Source of the DNA: Obrimoposthia wandeli
Taxonomy: Eukaryota
NCBI GenBank assembly: GCA_977020255.1
Contig: CDROCS010002735.1
Location: 1-64,000 of the forward strand
DNA length: 64,000 nucleotides
Direction of reading: 5' to 3'
Shown here: positions 1 through 11,168 of the stretch, piece after piece
Numbering within the stretch: position 1 is the first letter of the stretch
How the letters are laid out: each line of letters begins with the position of its first letter
Made by a program: the position numbers and the translations under genes
Notes under the pieces: model-generated
What the model saw: the letters and a program-made list of their open reading frames with translations, nothing else
Database searches by the model: none
What the model was told of the DNA's origin: nothing

Positions 1-1287
1 AGAACCAACCCATCGCAGCATAAAACAAACCGATAACAGGCGATAACCAACAAGCGAATGCCAATGGAATATATAGCAGGTTTTCAGTATTACCATCACT
101 AATGCCTAATCCAAGTGCGGTAATAACAAAAGCTCCACCAGCATTCCAAGGAATTAATGGCGATATTAATGTTCCACCCTCTTCCACTGCTCTAGATAAA
201 TTTAGCTTTGAATAACCTTGTTTTACGTAAGCAGGCCCAAACATTCTACCCGGCAATGCGATAGATAAGTACGGGTCTCCGGCAACAAAATTGGTCGCTA
301 TTGCCGAGCCAGTAGCCGCAGCCCCAGCAAGCCAAAAGCCATTAACGCGCTACGGTGGCACCAATGCCCTAAACAGCCGTGCGCTAATGCTCCGCCAAAC
401 CCTAAAGCGATCATAACGAGCGTGATAACCCACGTCATAGACTGAATACCACCGCGGTTAAGCAAGCTATCTATTTCTGTAATGCCACTATCAATTTTAT
501 AACCTGACTGCATAAAGCTAAACACTTCATGCAAAGAAGCACCTTGCACAAAAATCGCCATTAATACGCCGACAAGTACGCCTGCAAAAAGCGAAGGCAG
601 GGCTGGCATCTTTTTCAAGGCTAAGATAATAACGAGTACAGGGGCGAGTAGTAATATCCAAGACAGCTCAAAGTTTTGTTCTAATCCTAACGTTATCGCA
701 TCAATTTTAGAAAAATCAACAGTATTAGAGCTAGCAATATTGAAACCGACAACCAAGTAGATAGTCAGTGCAATTAACATCGCCGGTACGGTTGTTGGCA
801 GCATGTTGCGGATGTGATCAAATAAATTAACCCCGGTGACTGCTGGTGCTAAATTTGTTGTATCTGACAAAGGTGATATTTTATCACCAAAGAACGCGCC
901 AGAGACCACAGCACCTGCTGTCCAGTACATTGGGATATCGAAGCCAGATCAGAATAATTCGGGAGAAAGTAGCTTTAATCCATAATAGATTAATACCGGC
1001 ACGGTACCACTTGCTATCCAAACACCGACAATCATGCCGACGGTCATTAAGATGGCAATTGATGGCAAGCCGACACGTACAACTTGCATCACTCCACCTT
1101 CAATGTCATCCCAAGTATAACCACGCAACCACGCTAGCACTGAGGTAATAGCCAAGCCTATCGCTAGAGGTACATGGGGGGTGAAATCTCCAAAATAAAA
1201 GAGCTGTATTGCAAGTACTCCTAGGGTGAGCACAATGGGTAGTAGCGCAGCGCCTAAGCTAGGCTTTAAGTTTTTTGTATTAGTCAT
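1..1287 (-). pseudogene. nhaC: NhaC-family Na+/H+ antiporter / amino-acid transporter, disrupted; runs off the left edge
   Basis: ORFs 949..1287 and 298..930 are in the same frame, separated by TGA at 949-951 (..LLSPELF*SGFDIPMYW..). They carry NhaC motifs GAFFGDKISPLSDTTNLA and RGGIQSM. The C-terminal motifs (GDPYLSIALPGRMF, SRAVEEGGTLISPLIPWN) continue in another frame below about 330. Confidence 0.85.
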
Positions 1288-1765
1288 GTATTTCCTATCC
1301 GTTACCTTGGGAGTGCGTTAAACGCTCCCTTGTTTATTTTTTTAATGGGTTAACTGATAGTAAAGAAGTATTGTAAACCTAGGATAAACGCCTTGTAGCC
1401 AATTGTAATATTATGTAAACAACATGTTACATCATGAATTTTGCGAAGGCTAATATATTAGCTTAATAGCATGAGCATAATAGAGTGCGAGGTGTAGGTG
1501 ACTATTTTATAAAAGGTTTATCTTAAGTAATAGCTAATAGGCGAAAATGAGAGATCGAAAATAATAGAAAAGCATTACCGGTGATGGTCTAAGTAGTTTT
1601 CATCCTGAAACGGGGTCGTAGCGAGGCTGACCCAATGGTTCGAGATGGGCAACACTAAGTGTGGGCGTTCAGTTGTTCCAAATAATGACATTTAGTGGTG
1701 ATTAGGTCGAGCTAGTGGAACAGCCGCAGTAGACATTCGTTTCTGGGTGGAAACTAAATCGCTTT

Positions 1766-4096
1766 CTAGGATTTATTGTATTGCTTAGCTAGCTCTAAAC
1801 TCTGCTCAATACTGGCTGTTAAATTTGTGGATAAAGTGACATCCTTTTGTGGTGCTCGCTGCTCTAATCGGCGTAAATGCTGACTCGCACGACAAAAGCC
1901 TAGCATGTCACAAGATCCTGCGAGTTTATGCGCTAGTTGCTCGCTCTCATTGAAGTCTAATTGAGTGGCACTTTGCAATAAATCTTGCCAGATTTGCTGG
2001 CCATTTACATAGAAGGTTCCCATCAGTTCGTTTAGCTTGGCAGCACCCAATATTTGGCGGTTAGTTTCCATTTGTAGTTGATCAAGCAAAGGAGGGGTTA
2101 AAGAGCTTGAATTGGGGGCTAAAATATCTTGGCAGGGTGTGGTTGGTTCAGTGTTTGAATTGGTAATGACTTCTTGTATAGATTCAAATAACTCTTGTTG
2201 GAAAACCGGTTTAGCGACTACTTTTTGAATGCCTTGCGCAAGATAGCGCTCTACATCAGCTGGCCTGACGCTGGCTGTGACGGCAATAATTGGTGTGTGA
2301 TAGTTAGGTGAGTATCTATCACTGCGTATAGTGCGGCTAGCATCTACGCCACTGACACCTCCTAAGTGCATATCCATTAGAATTAAATCGTAGCGTTGCG
2401 CAGCCGCTAGTGCTACAGCACTATTTGCATCTTGGGCAATAGCTAAATGATGATTTGCTAATAGTGATTGCATTACTTGGAGATTTATCTGTTCATCTTC
2501 AACTAATAATATTTTAAGCTCAGGTAATACTGGAGCTACAGGCGCTAAGAGTTTTTGCTCTTTTGCTGCGGGCGCTAAATAAACCGTCGCATTAAAAGTG
2601 CTGCCTTCACCGAGTGAGCTTACTAAGTTTAACGTGCCACCCATTGATTCAGTTAATTGCTTGGTAATTGACAAGCCGAGCCCCGTACCGCCAAATCGAC
2701 GCGTAATGGTTTCATCTGCTTGGGTAAAACGACCAAAAATATGCTGCTGCATAGATGGATCTATACCAATACCTTGATCATTGATGCTGATGCAAACAGC
2801 ATGCTGTGCTGTCGTTGTATCATCGATATTAACAGTAATCGTGATACATCCGCGATCGCTGAATTTAATCGCATTAGCGAGTAAATTGGTGATTATTTGG
2901 CGTAAACTTGCCGCTTTATCAAAATAAAGCACACTTTCAGTAGGGCACACTAATTGCAATACTAAGCCTTTTTGTTCAGCGCCAAATTGCAGTAGGTCCA
3001 CTACATTCATCAACAGTGTATTGAGAGAAAACAGCACATCTGACTCTTGATATACGCCTTGCTCTAACTGGGCGTACTGTAATATATGATCAAATGTACC
3101 CAGCAGTGCATGGGTTGAGTCTTGTAGCACGTTGACCTGTCGATCTTGCGCTTTTGATAAGTCACTATTACCTAGTAGCTGTATCATACCCAGCATACCG
3201 TTCATCGGGGTGCGTATTTCATGACTCATGGTTGCCAAGAACTGCGACTTGGCACTGTTTGCATACTCGGCAGCTTCCTTAGCTTGCTGCAAACTTTGCG
3301 TGCGTATCTCTACCATCTTCTGTAGCTGGTCACGGTTGTAACGCAGTGCACTGGCCGCTTTATCACGTTGCTCTATATCTGCCCTTATCGATAATCTCAT
3401 CTCATTAAGGGCTGATTGTAATTGATCTAATTCATCACCTTGATGAGGTTTCTTGCGTTGCAATAGTAGTGGATTATTAAGTTTGCCCGCTCCGATTTCA
3501 CGGCTATATTTCGCCATGTGCTCTAAGTGGCGAGTGATGGAACGTTGCAGGATGACGGTAATCGCAGCCATAATTAGTAGCATTAATAAGCTTTGATTAA
3601 GTAGTATACGCAAGCCATTTTGCCACAGTTCAGTGTGAATACTGGATAAATCAATAGCGACTTCTAACCGGCCCAGTATTTTCGATCTCTGCTGATTACT
3701 AGCATTAACTAAGTCGAAAACTTCCAGTTGATGACCTTCATCAGCAATTGCGTTGCTAGGAATACGGGTGTTTTTATTCAAGGTAAAGTCTTGCAGCTCA
3801 ATATATGCCACGTACGGCAGGGCTCGAATGCCAGTTAATTGCAGCTTTTGTTGAGCTTGATCCAGATCCCAAAGGCTTTTACTCAACGTTGCTATATAGC
3901 TTTCGTCGATAAGCTGCATACGTTGTTCTACCGCTTTCATTTCGCGAAGGTAATCAAAACGCATTTGTAACGCTGTCGATAGTAAAATGAAGACACAACT
4001 ACAGATGCCGATGTAAATTAACATTCGGTAGTTTAATGGACGTTCGCTGGCATAGCGACTGAGCGCAAAAAATGGATGTGAGTTAGGGGAATGCAT
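1766..4096 (-). CDS. Hybrid sensor histidine kinase (TM-HAMP-HisKA-HATPase-REC-Hpt)
   Basis: H-box [12 protein letters not shown]-boxes DQGIG and GGTGLGL, REC (LLVEDE..DLILMD), Hpt LAHKLAGS. Likely start ATG 4096 rather than 4168. Confidence 0.92.
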   Translation of the reverse strand: MHSPNSHPFFALSRYASERPLNYRMLIYIGICSCVFILLSTALQMRFDYLREMKAVEQRMQLIDESYIATLSKSLWDLDQAQQKLQLTGIRALPYVAYIELQDFTLNKNTRIPSNAIADEGHQLEVFDLVNASNQQRSKILGRLEVAIDLSSIHTELWQNGLRILLNQSLLMLLIMAAITVILQRSITRHLEHMAKYSREIGAGKLNNPLLLQRKKPHQGDELDQLQSALNEMRLSIRADIEQRDKAASALRYNRDQLQKMVEIRTQSLQQAKEAAEYANSAKSQFLATMSHEIRTPMNGMLGMIQLLGNSDLSKAQDRQVNVLQDSTHALLGTFDHILQYAQLEQGVYQESDVLFSLNTLLMNVVDLLQFGAEQKGLVLQLVCPTESVLYFDKAASLRQIITNLLANAIKFSDRGCITITVNIDDTTTAQHAVCISINDQGIGIDPSMQQHIFGRFTQADETITRRFGGTGLGLSITKQLTESMGGTLNLVSSLGEGSTFNATVYLAPAAKEQKLLAPVAPVLPELKILLVEDEQINLQVMQSLLANHHLAIAQDANSAVALAAAQRYDLILMDMHLGGVSGVDASRTIRSDRYSPNYHTPIIAVTASVRPADVERYLAQGIQKVVAKPVFQQELFESIQEVITNSNTEPTTPCQDILAPNSSSLTPPLLDQLQMETNRQILGAAKLNELMGTFYVNGQQIWQDLLQSATQLDFNESEQLAHKLAGSCDMLGFCRASQHLRRLEQRAPQKDVTLSTNLTASIEQSLELAKQYNKS

Positions 4097-4859
4097 TGCA
4101 ACTGCCTTGTGGTTGTTTATTGAGATAGTACTGGCCAAAGCACTCTTGTAGCCTGTTGATTGAGCCATCTTGGTGTAACTCAGCTAAACGTTGGTTTATA
4201 TAAGGTAGATGCTTTTGTAACTTGCTGTGTCGGCCGATAGCTAAATAGAAATGTTCAGTACCTATAGAGAGATTAGTGATTTTAATTTTTTCTTTGTAAC
4301 CAAACTTTTGCAGCTGTAATTGGCCACTAAAAGAACCTAAGGGCATGAAGTCTATTCGCTGGTAAGCTAGTTTTGCTAAATTCTGAGCGCCTTTAGATAC
4401 AAATTCTCGATCAGGCAGCGTTTGTAGAAACAGATCAAACAGATCCCCAAAACTATCCCCCAACAATAGACCAACACGCTTTCCTTGTAAGTCATTGAGT
4501 GTTTTATAAGCTCTGGTATCACTTTTGTTGACAAAAATACCCACCTTATCAGCCACTAAATACTCGGTGCTATAAGCTAAGAATGATGTTCTAGGTTTGG
4601 TTTTGTAAGCGGCCACGATAAGGTCAATATTGCCTGACTTTACTTCTTCTAAACAGCGTTTCCAATTGCCACTCGTATCGATGGCAAGTTGATAGCCTAA
4701 TTCTGTAAATAATTTTTTTGCAACACTTGTGGCTATTCCCGTCAGAGCACCTTGCTGTTGCCAGGACACAGGCGGGTATTCAGGATGACCGCAAGCGGTA
4801 ATAACGCGCGCTTGCAATGGCAGGCAAAAAAATATCAACAACCACAAAAAGCATTTCAC
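4083..4859 (-). CDS. Periplasmic solute-binding protein (amino-acid SBP family 3-like)
   Basis: Signal peptide, YPP motif, [24 protein letters not shown]. Sits between the response regulator and the kinase and overlaps the kinase start. Confidence 0.85.
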   Translation of the reverse strand: MKCFLWLLIFFCLPLQARVITACGHPEYPPVSWQQQGALTGIATSVAKKLFTELGYQLAIDTSGNWKRCLEEVKSGNIDLIVAAYKTKPRTSFLAYSTEYLVADKVGIFVNKSDTRAYKTLNDLQGKRVGLLLGDSFGDLFDLFLQTLPDREFVSKGAQNLAKLAYQRIDFMPLGSFSGQLQLQKFGYKEKIKITNLSIGTEHFYLAIGRHSKLQKHLPYINQRLAELHQDGSINRLQECFGQYYLNKQPQGSCNAFP

Positions 4860-4860
4860 A

Positions 4861-5586
4861 TTAACGCTTCACTTGCGCAGTAAATAAGTAGCCTGCTCCG
4901 TGTACTGTGAGAATCAGCTTAGGATCAGCAGGGTCGTCATTTAGCTTTCGACGCAAACGCCCTATCAGTACATCAACCGTACGATCGTTAGGTGCCCATT
5001 CACGGTTATGAATTTGATCGAGGATTTGGTTTCTACTCATAATGTGTCCTGCGCTGTTAATCAAACAGAGCAAAAGCTGGTATTCTCCTTCAGTCAATTG
5101 CACTTTGTTTTCTTGTGTATCGATTAGCTGACGCCTTGAAAGTAATAAGCGCCATTCATCAAACGTTTTGTAACCTTCAACTGAACTGGTTTGCTCAAGT
5201 AGCTGCTTTTGACACAATGTTACGCGTCGAATGATGTTTTTAGCCCTAGCCAATATCTCGCGAGCATTAAAAGGTTTGGTAATAAAATCATCTGCACCGC
5301 ACTCTAACCCAATCATTCGATCATATTCATCTTGGCTACCCGTCACTAAGATAATGCCTACTTCAGAGTTAACCCTTAGCTCTCTAGTTAACGTCAAACC
5401 ATCTTTGCCAGGCATTCTGATATCTAGTAGCAATAATGTAATAGCGTGCGTAGCTAAAATGTCTTCTGCTTGCTCAGCAGTGGCAGCGCTATATACTTTA
5501 TAGCCGACAGTTTCAAAGTAGCTTGATAGAAAATCTCTGGTGACGGCTTCATCATCTACAATGAGTATCGCAATTTCACTGATCAT
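4861..5586 (-). CDS. OmpR-family response regulator, TorR/ArcA-like
   Basis: ILIVDDE, LLLLDIRMPGKDG, GADDFITKPF, winged helix RTVDVLIGRLRRKL..TVHGAGY. Confidence 0.92.
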   Translation of the reverse strand: MISEIAILIVDDEAVTRDFLSSYFETVGYKVYSAATAEQAEDILATHAITLLLLDIRMPGKDGLTLTRELRVNSEVGIILVTGSQDEYDRMIGLECGADDFITKPFNAREILARAKNIIRRVTLCQKQLLEQTSSVEGYKTFDEWRLLLSRRQLIDTQENKVQLTEGEYQLLLCLINSAGHIMSRNQILDQIHNREWAPNDRTVDVLIGRLRRKLNDDPADPKLILTVHGAGYLFTAQVKR

Positions 5587-5845
5587 AGCACTGGCCTTTA
5601 TGGAGGTTAAAAAATGGCAATATATTGTTTTTATAAAGCAGCAATTTCTGAAATCACATTGTAACTAATAAGTTGTTTAGTACAAGCTAAAAGCAAATTC
5701 GTGGTCAATGGAGATTAAATATTACAGATATCGATTAGAAGGGGCGTATACGTGCAACTCATTATCTTTGCTGTGAGTGTTTCAACTGAGAGTAGGGTTA
5801 TACAATTACTACTAGTCATGTCTATAATAGTAATAATTATCAATT

Positions 5846-6807
5846 ATGGACAAGAAAACACGCATAATTGATATTCTTCTTTTTGATGGTTTGGATCTGC
5901 TTGAATTTGCGGGGCCAGTACAAGCTTTCATTTGCGCAAACGATTTTGACAGCGAAAGCTACATTCATCGTTACGTTTCGATAGATGGTGCTGATGTGGT
6001 GACATCTTGCGACTGCGGCAACTTGGTGTGACAAAGGCCGCATCAACCGGGACCGAAACTCAAGATTTGCTCGTGCCTGGCGGAAGTGGGGTTGATAAAG
6101 CGATTGGAGATCAGCGCATACAATCGCTGATATCCAAGTGGTTGAACGACGGTGGGGATCGGCGAGTTATTTCTATTTGTTCCGGTGCTCTTTTACTTGC
6201 CAATGCTGGTGTGCTTGACGGTATACCAGCGACCACGCATTGGCGTCGCCTTCAACAAGCGCGAAATCAATTCCCAAATGTGAACTGGACAATTGACCAG
6301 CTTTATTCTATTCAAGGACCGTTAATGACATCGGCTGGTGTTACTTCTGGCATCGACCTTGCCCTTGAAGTTATCCGCAGGGATCGTGGACCGATGGTCG
6401 CTCTTGCTACTGCACGACAATTGGTCGTTTATTTGAAGCGAGGGGGTGGTCAGAATCAATTCTCTGACTTACTAGAAGCACAGTTTTCAGATTGTAAAGA
6501 ATTGGGAAAGTTAACGAACGATATTCTTGCTTCTCCGCGCAAAGATTGGACTCTAGAACTGATGGCTGAAGTGGTCAATCTTACCCCCAGAACACTGACT
6601 CGACGATTCTCGAAATCTTTTGGGGTATCGCCCGTTAAATTTCTGGAACGTGTGCGGGTGAAAATAGCCGCAGATGCCATTAGCAGTGGTGCCTCATTCG
6701 AAAAAGTAATTAATATAGCGGGGTTTTCTGGGCTTCAACAAATGCAAAGGGCCTTTAAAAGACAAATTGGCGCCACAGCCAGTCTCTATAAGGAACGGTT
6801 TTGTTGA
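5846..6807 (+). pseudogene. GlxA-family regulator (DJ-1/PfpI plus AraC HTH), frameshifted near 6010
   Basis: 5846..6031 encodes the N-terminus (FDGLDLLEFAGP). 6007..6807 encodes SICSGALLLA, ATTHW, TSAGVTSGID and the AraC HTH. Adding one base in tgcgactg (6007-6014) joins the two frames. Confidence 0.8.
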
Positions 6808-7227
6808 CTTCAGAAGATGATTAATTTAAGGGTTACCTCATTGCTCTAGTTCCAATCTTAAGCGCTCACATTAAGATCTTTAGCCAGTGTGATCTTATGA
6901 CTTTGAATCATAGCTGCCCGGTAAAAATGTAAGCCCTCTAACTCATTTATTTTTAGTGCCTGTTAAGGCTAAAGAGGCACTTTCAATTAAACGTTACTGG
7001 TCGTTAACATAAAATCAGTGAGTTACAGAGCAACAAAAATTAAACTGGACAGCAATGACTTTGAGTAATAAATTTACACATAGCCATTAATGCTAGTTGT
7101 AAAGCACGCTTGAGAAGAAATACCAAGGTACCCATCTAAGTAAAGAGTATGCAATAGATGGTCTATTATTTAAAATGAAGTAGCAGTTTGAGCTAACAGC
7201 ACATCATTATTGAAATGTAGCTATTTG

Positions 7228-7971
7228 TTATGCACCTTTAGCGTTTGCGAGGTAAGCATCTAATGCCTCTGATCCACCGAGAAGGTTACCATTGATAAAT
7301 ATCTGTGGTGCTGTTGACTTCCCAGACACTGAACGTAGAGTGGACTCTTTGAAATCTCTATTTAGAATCAATTCGTCGAATTCGATTCCCGCATTAGTTA
7401 AAGCTTGCTTTGCATGCTGGCAAAATGAACATCCCTCTCGACTAAAGATGGTTGCATCTACTAGTTTTACTGCCTCTGGCGCGATGTAGTTCAACATAGT
7501 ATCAGCATCAGACACTTCAAATGCCTTACCTGGTTCATCCGATTCAAGGAATATTTTCTCAATAACCCCGTCTTTTACCAACATAGAATAGCGCTTTGAA
7601 CGATTACCCATTCTCTGTGGAAATTTTTCATTTAACATCCCCATGTCACTACTAAAATCGCCATTACCATCGGCAATAAAAGTAAGATTGAATGCTTTTT
7701 GGTCTTTTTGCCATTGGCCCATAACAAATGGATCGTTGACAGATAAGCAGAGAACTTCGTCAATTCCATGCTGTTTAAAAATAGGCGCTAATTGGTTGAA
7801 CCGCGGCACATGAGTTGATGAGCAAGTGGGTGTGTAAGCGCCGGGTAAAGCGAATAGAATGACATTCTTGCCACTAAATATATCACCTGCGGTTCTATCA
7901 AGCGCTTCATGTTCACGCAGTGTATGAAATACCACTTGAGGTATACGTTGTCCTTGTTTCTTGGTGGGCAT
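7228..7971 (-). CDS. pgdx: Hybrid peroxiredoxin 5-glutaredoxin (glutathione peroxidase)
   Basis: Prx5 motif LPGAYTPTCSSTHVP, LSVNDPFVM, C-terminal Grx domain with CSFC and TAPQIFI. Likely start ATG 7971. Confidence 0.9.
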   Translation of the reverse strand: MPTKKQGQRIPQVVFHTLREHEALDRTAGDIFSGKNVILFALPGAYTPTCSSTHVPRFNQLAPIFKQHGIDEVLCLSVNDPFVMGQWQKDQKAFNLTFIADGNGDFSSDMGMLNEKFPQRMGNRSKRYSMLVKDGVIEKIFLESDEPGKAFEVSDADTMLNYIAPEAVKLVDATIFSREGCSFCQHAKQALTNAGIEFDELILNRDFKESTLRSVSGKSTAPQIFINGNLLGGSEALDAYLANAKGA

Positions 7972-8554
7972 AATTTTTACCTTATAGCTGTTATTCAACA
8001 TTATTAATGTTAAATAGTGTGACGATGGTTTCAATAGTTGGTTGTATTGCATTCATCATATTTGAGGGCATATCTGTAAGCACTGCTTATCATAGCTCTA
8101 AGTGTTTTTGGCAAAATTCGACATAAAATCGTCAATTATGGACAACCGTTAGCTTATGTGGATTCATTGCTATTGGATACTCTGGGTTGGCTTTTAGACG
8201 ACAGCATAAGTGTGAGTATTCATTACTGCTGCTTGCTTCATTCGTTGGTTAATAAGCAAGGGAAGATTGGTGTCTGCGGTAGACGTCAGACGATGGTCGT
8301 GATTTTATCTGGTGTGCTTTGTCTTGTTGTCTCTCATATGCTCAAAATATATGCATGTAAGTTATTAGAAGGAGTGTGCTAAGTGAGCTGCTGATGTGTT
8401 ATTAACAATATAGGTAGGCAGCTTTATCCACTCAAAAAATACCCGAAATTAACTTCAAAAGTGAATAGCTGACACTGCTACAGTCATTATGATGGATTTT
8501 TAGCCACATTAAATTTTGATACTGGTTTATGTGCTTAAAACATGATTATTTATT

Positions 8555-9094
8555 TTAAGTGTCAAACTGGTGCTCGCGACAAATCAGACTGATATCCGTT
8601 TCAGTCAGGGTTTCTTCAGTTAGGCCACACTGAAAAGTACCGCTACTTTGCTTATTGTTAAATCGACAGGAGCGGCATTGCCCAAACCCTGTGTTGCTGT
8701 TTTGAGCCTGCCATTTAAGCAGTAATGATTTAGTGAACTCTATGCCCTCAGCAGTTTTATCCGTACTGGGTAAATAGGTGAGCATCCTTTGTAAGCAATC
8801 GTTACCTTTATTTGTCAGGTAAAGCCGGGTAACTCGTTTATCTTTGCTACAGGGTTTGCGCTCGATAAAATCTTCTTTTTCTAGTACTTTCAAGCTCTGG
8901 GAGATGCTTCCTTTAGTTTGACCTAAATATTCAGTCATTGCCTGAGCAGTGTTCGAGTATCGATTGCTAATGGATAGAAATTGAAGCATCTCTAGATGCA
9001 CTACTTGTATGTTTTCTGAGTTTGCGGCGCTGCGCATTTGGCTTCTATAAAGGGAGAAGAGTCTTTCAAGCCATATTTCAATATTATTTATCAT
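8555..9094 (-). CDS. MarR-family regulator with Cys-rich C-terminal tail
   Basis: wHTH TKGSISQSLKVLEKEDFI..DKRVTRLYLT; tail CRSCRF..CGLT..ICREH. Likely start ATG 9094. Confidence 0.88.
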   Translation of the reverse strand: MINNIEIWLERLFSLYRSQMRSAANSENIQVVHLEMLQFLSISNRYSNTAQAMTEYLGQTKGSISQSLKVLEKEDFIERKPCSKDKRVTRLYLTNKGNDCLQRMLTYLPSTDKTAEGIEFTKSLLLKWQAQNSNTGFGQCRSCRFNNKQSSGTFQCGLTEETLTETDISLICREHQFDT

Positions 9095-9155
9095 GCTTTT
9101 AATAGTATAGATTCTAAACCTTGTTGACAATAAGAAATATTCAGCTATTATTCAA

Positions 9156-9180
9156 ATATAGTTTAGAGTCTAAACTATAT
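9156..9180. promoter_or_regulatory. Putative MarR operator, 25-bp perfect palindrome
   Basis: ATATAGTTTAGA-G-TCTAAACTATAT. A degenerate copy ATAGTATAGATTCTAAAC lies at 9102..9119. Between them are TTGACA (9124-9129) and TATTAT (9146-9151). Confidence 0.75.
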
Positions 9181-9425
9181 AAAAAGCTTTGAGCAAGTTT
9201 AAATCCAGAAGACAGCCTTGTTTGTTAGTAACATCGCAGAATTGATTAAACATTTGTTAGTTTTGTAGGCATTACTGTTGGGGGTTATGGATAAACTTTT
9301 TGCAGTGATGGATAGCTTAATTAAAGGCTAGGCTAGATGAATACTATTGTTTCAAAACAGTCGCTGAAGTGTTGCTAAACTTGTCCAAGAAAACCTTCTA
9401 AGAATATTTGATTGAGAGAATTAAT

Positions 9426-10175
9426 ATGAAAAAGCAATTGTTATCGTTACTATTTACTCCCGTCTTGGCTACGCTAGCGCCAATACACGTGTATGCTTCA
9501 GCAGAGCATGATGGACATATCATTGCAGCTAGTTCAGAAAAAATCAGCGCCCAATATGACATCATTCACGCTAAAGTAATCACACAAGGTAGCCACCTAG
9601 TTTTCCAACAAGAGGTGAGAGGGAAAGTGGCTCAAAAGAAACCTGCTGTAACGGGCCAGCTAGCAGGTGCCGAGGTTTTTAGTTATGTCTGGCCTACTAG
9701 CCTGAATAGTAGCGCTGTCGGTTTTGAGGCGGACCAAGGTATTTTAGCATTAGCGTTGACAGTCCACCCTGATTTTGATGATACCCCATTATATGACGAA
9801 AATGGCGACGGGAACAAAACCAATGATGGTGATAAATGGCATAGCCATTGGGTTGTACTTGTTAAGGACCCAAGTTGTGGAACCGTAGGAATGAAAGTTA
9901 AAGATATTGCTAAAGGAGTAGACCCTAAACTACCTGTTATTTGGCCTAAACTGCCCATTTTTATTGATAGTCCAGGATACGATTTCTCGTTAAAGGGCAG
10001 TAAAGTTTTAGTGCGCGTCCCTCTTAAAGATATAGGTTTTCCCGTGACGTTTAACTTTGACGGTGTGACTTCTGCACTGAAGGTAAATCAACAAATACAT
10101 GCGCCCTTGTTATGTATTACGGATGTTTGGGATATCGCTTCGGGTGACTTAAGTTTGCCTGGAAACTCCCAGTAA
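9426..10175 (+). CDS. Conserved secreted protein of unknown function (His/Asp-rich motifs)
   Basis: Signal peptide MKKQLL..VYA; motifs HPDFDDTPLYDENGDG and WHSHWVVL; divergent from marR. Confidence 0.75.
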   Translation: MKKQLLSLLFTPVLATLAPIHVYASAEHDGHIIAASSEKISAQYDIIHAKVITQGSHLVFQQEVRGKVAQKKPAVTGQLAGAEVFSYVWPTSLNSSAVGFEADQGILALALTVHPDFDDTPLYDENGDGNKTNDGDKWHSHWVVLVKDPSCGTVGMKVKDIAKGVDPKLPVIWPKLPIFIDSPGYDFSLKGSKVLVRVPLKDIGFPVTFNFDGVTSALKVNQQIHAPLLCITDVWDIASGDLSLPGNSQ

Positions 10176-10232
10176 CCGCTAACATTGACTGCTATTAAAC
10201 GCAGTCAGCTTTTTTAGAAGTGAGAATGGAAT

Positions 10233-10496
10233 ATGAAAATTGATGTTTACGATACTTATGCAACGTTAGCTGGCGGCATACAAGTACATTTTGATGTCTT
10301 CCTTGAAACAGGGCAATCTAAAGATAAAGCATTGGCAGTTGCTAAGTCGTTTTTGCAAGAAATTGGTGAAACGACAAATACGATCACACTGGATCGATGT
10401 GATTTTTGTCATAGGGAAATCGCCAATTCAGATGTGAAAAAGCAGATCGAAGTGGTAGGCCATTATATTTTGAAAATGGAAGGATGCCCAAGTTAA
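10233..10496 (+). CDS. DUF2024-family protein
   Basis: MKIDVYDTY..HFDV..CDFCH..GHYILKMEGC pattern. Confidence 0.7.
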   Translation: MKIDVYDTYATLAGGIQVHFDVFLETGQSKDKALAVAKSFLQEIGETTNTITLDRCDFCHREIANSDVKKQIEVVGHYILKMEGCPS

Positions 10497-10555
10497 TTCA
10501 AAATATTATCCCTCGTATAGAAAGTTTAATCCAAGCCAAGATGAGAATAATTGTT

Positions 10556-11032
10556 ATGCTAAACGCACTAAAAAAACCACCACCGCTGCAAGTTGAAAAC
10601 TGGTTAAATACTCGATCCACTCCAACATTAGAAGCGCTTGTAGGCAAAGTGGTGGTGGTGTTTGCCTTTCAAATGCTGTGCCCAGGATGCGTGCTGCATT
10701 TAATTCCACAAGCCAAAAGATTGTATGATTTTTTTGACAGCAATGAAGTCGCAATACTAGGGTTGCACACCGTGTTTGAGCATCATCAGGCGATGACAGA
10801 GGTTTCCCTTAAAGCGTTTTTGTATGAATACAAAGTGAGTTTCCCGGTAGGGATTGATAAACCTTCTTCTACAGGTGATCTTATTCCCCAAACTATGCGT
10901 GCTTATAATATGCAGGGTACTCCTACCATGCTTATATACGATAAACTGGGATACTTGCGTCAGCAGAAAATGGGGCACGAGCAAGATTTGGCGCTTGGTG
11001 CACTAATTATGTCATTAATTAAAGAAACATAA
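10556..11032 (+). CDS. TlpA/redoxin-family thioredoxin-fold protein
   Basis: GKVVVVFAFQMLCPGCV (CxxC), LHTVFEHH, MQGTPT. Start uncertain (10484, 10541 or 10556). Confidence 0.85.
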   Translation: MLNALKKPPPLQVENWLNTRSTPTLEALVGKVVVVFAFQMLCPGCVLHLIPQAKRLYDFFDSNEVAILGLHTVFEHHQAMTEVSLKAFLYEYKVSFPVGIDKPSSTGDLIPQTMRAYNMQGTPTMLIYDKLGYLRQQKMGHEQDLALGALIMSLIKET

Positions 11033-11071
11033 ACAATGTCGCTATGTGTTTCCTTAAGATTTTAAATAAGC

Positions 11072-11093
11072 GAAAGGCTTTGCTTTAGCCTTT
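11072..11093 (+). terminator. Probable intrinsic terminator
   Basis: AAAGGCT-TTGCTTT-AGCCTTT followed by a T-run, downstream of the redoxin gene. Confidence 0.55.
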
Positions 11094-11168
11094 TTGATTG
11101 AGAAATTTATTGCGATAATGATGCGCGCTAATGAGATGGGGATATTTTTTGCGGGAAATGATCTTAGA

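Noticed and set aside
1288-1765. Riboswitch upstream of nhaC
   Set aside because: Only a small hairpin (1309-1329) was seen, with no lysine, SAM or glycine aptamer consensus recognisable.
6856-6876. LacI-like site TTAAGCGCTCACA
   Set aside because: Several mismatches to the HpsR site, and it lies between convergent gene ends with no promoter to control.
7980-8140. OxyR box upstream of the Prx5-Grx gene
   Set aside because: ATAG elements are present, but the spacing does not fit ATAG-N7-CTAT repeats.
8158-8382. Small intergenic ORFs (also 33225..33488 and 48070..48258)
   Set aside because: No recognisable motif, weak or absent RBS, and atypical composition.
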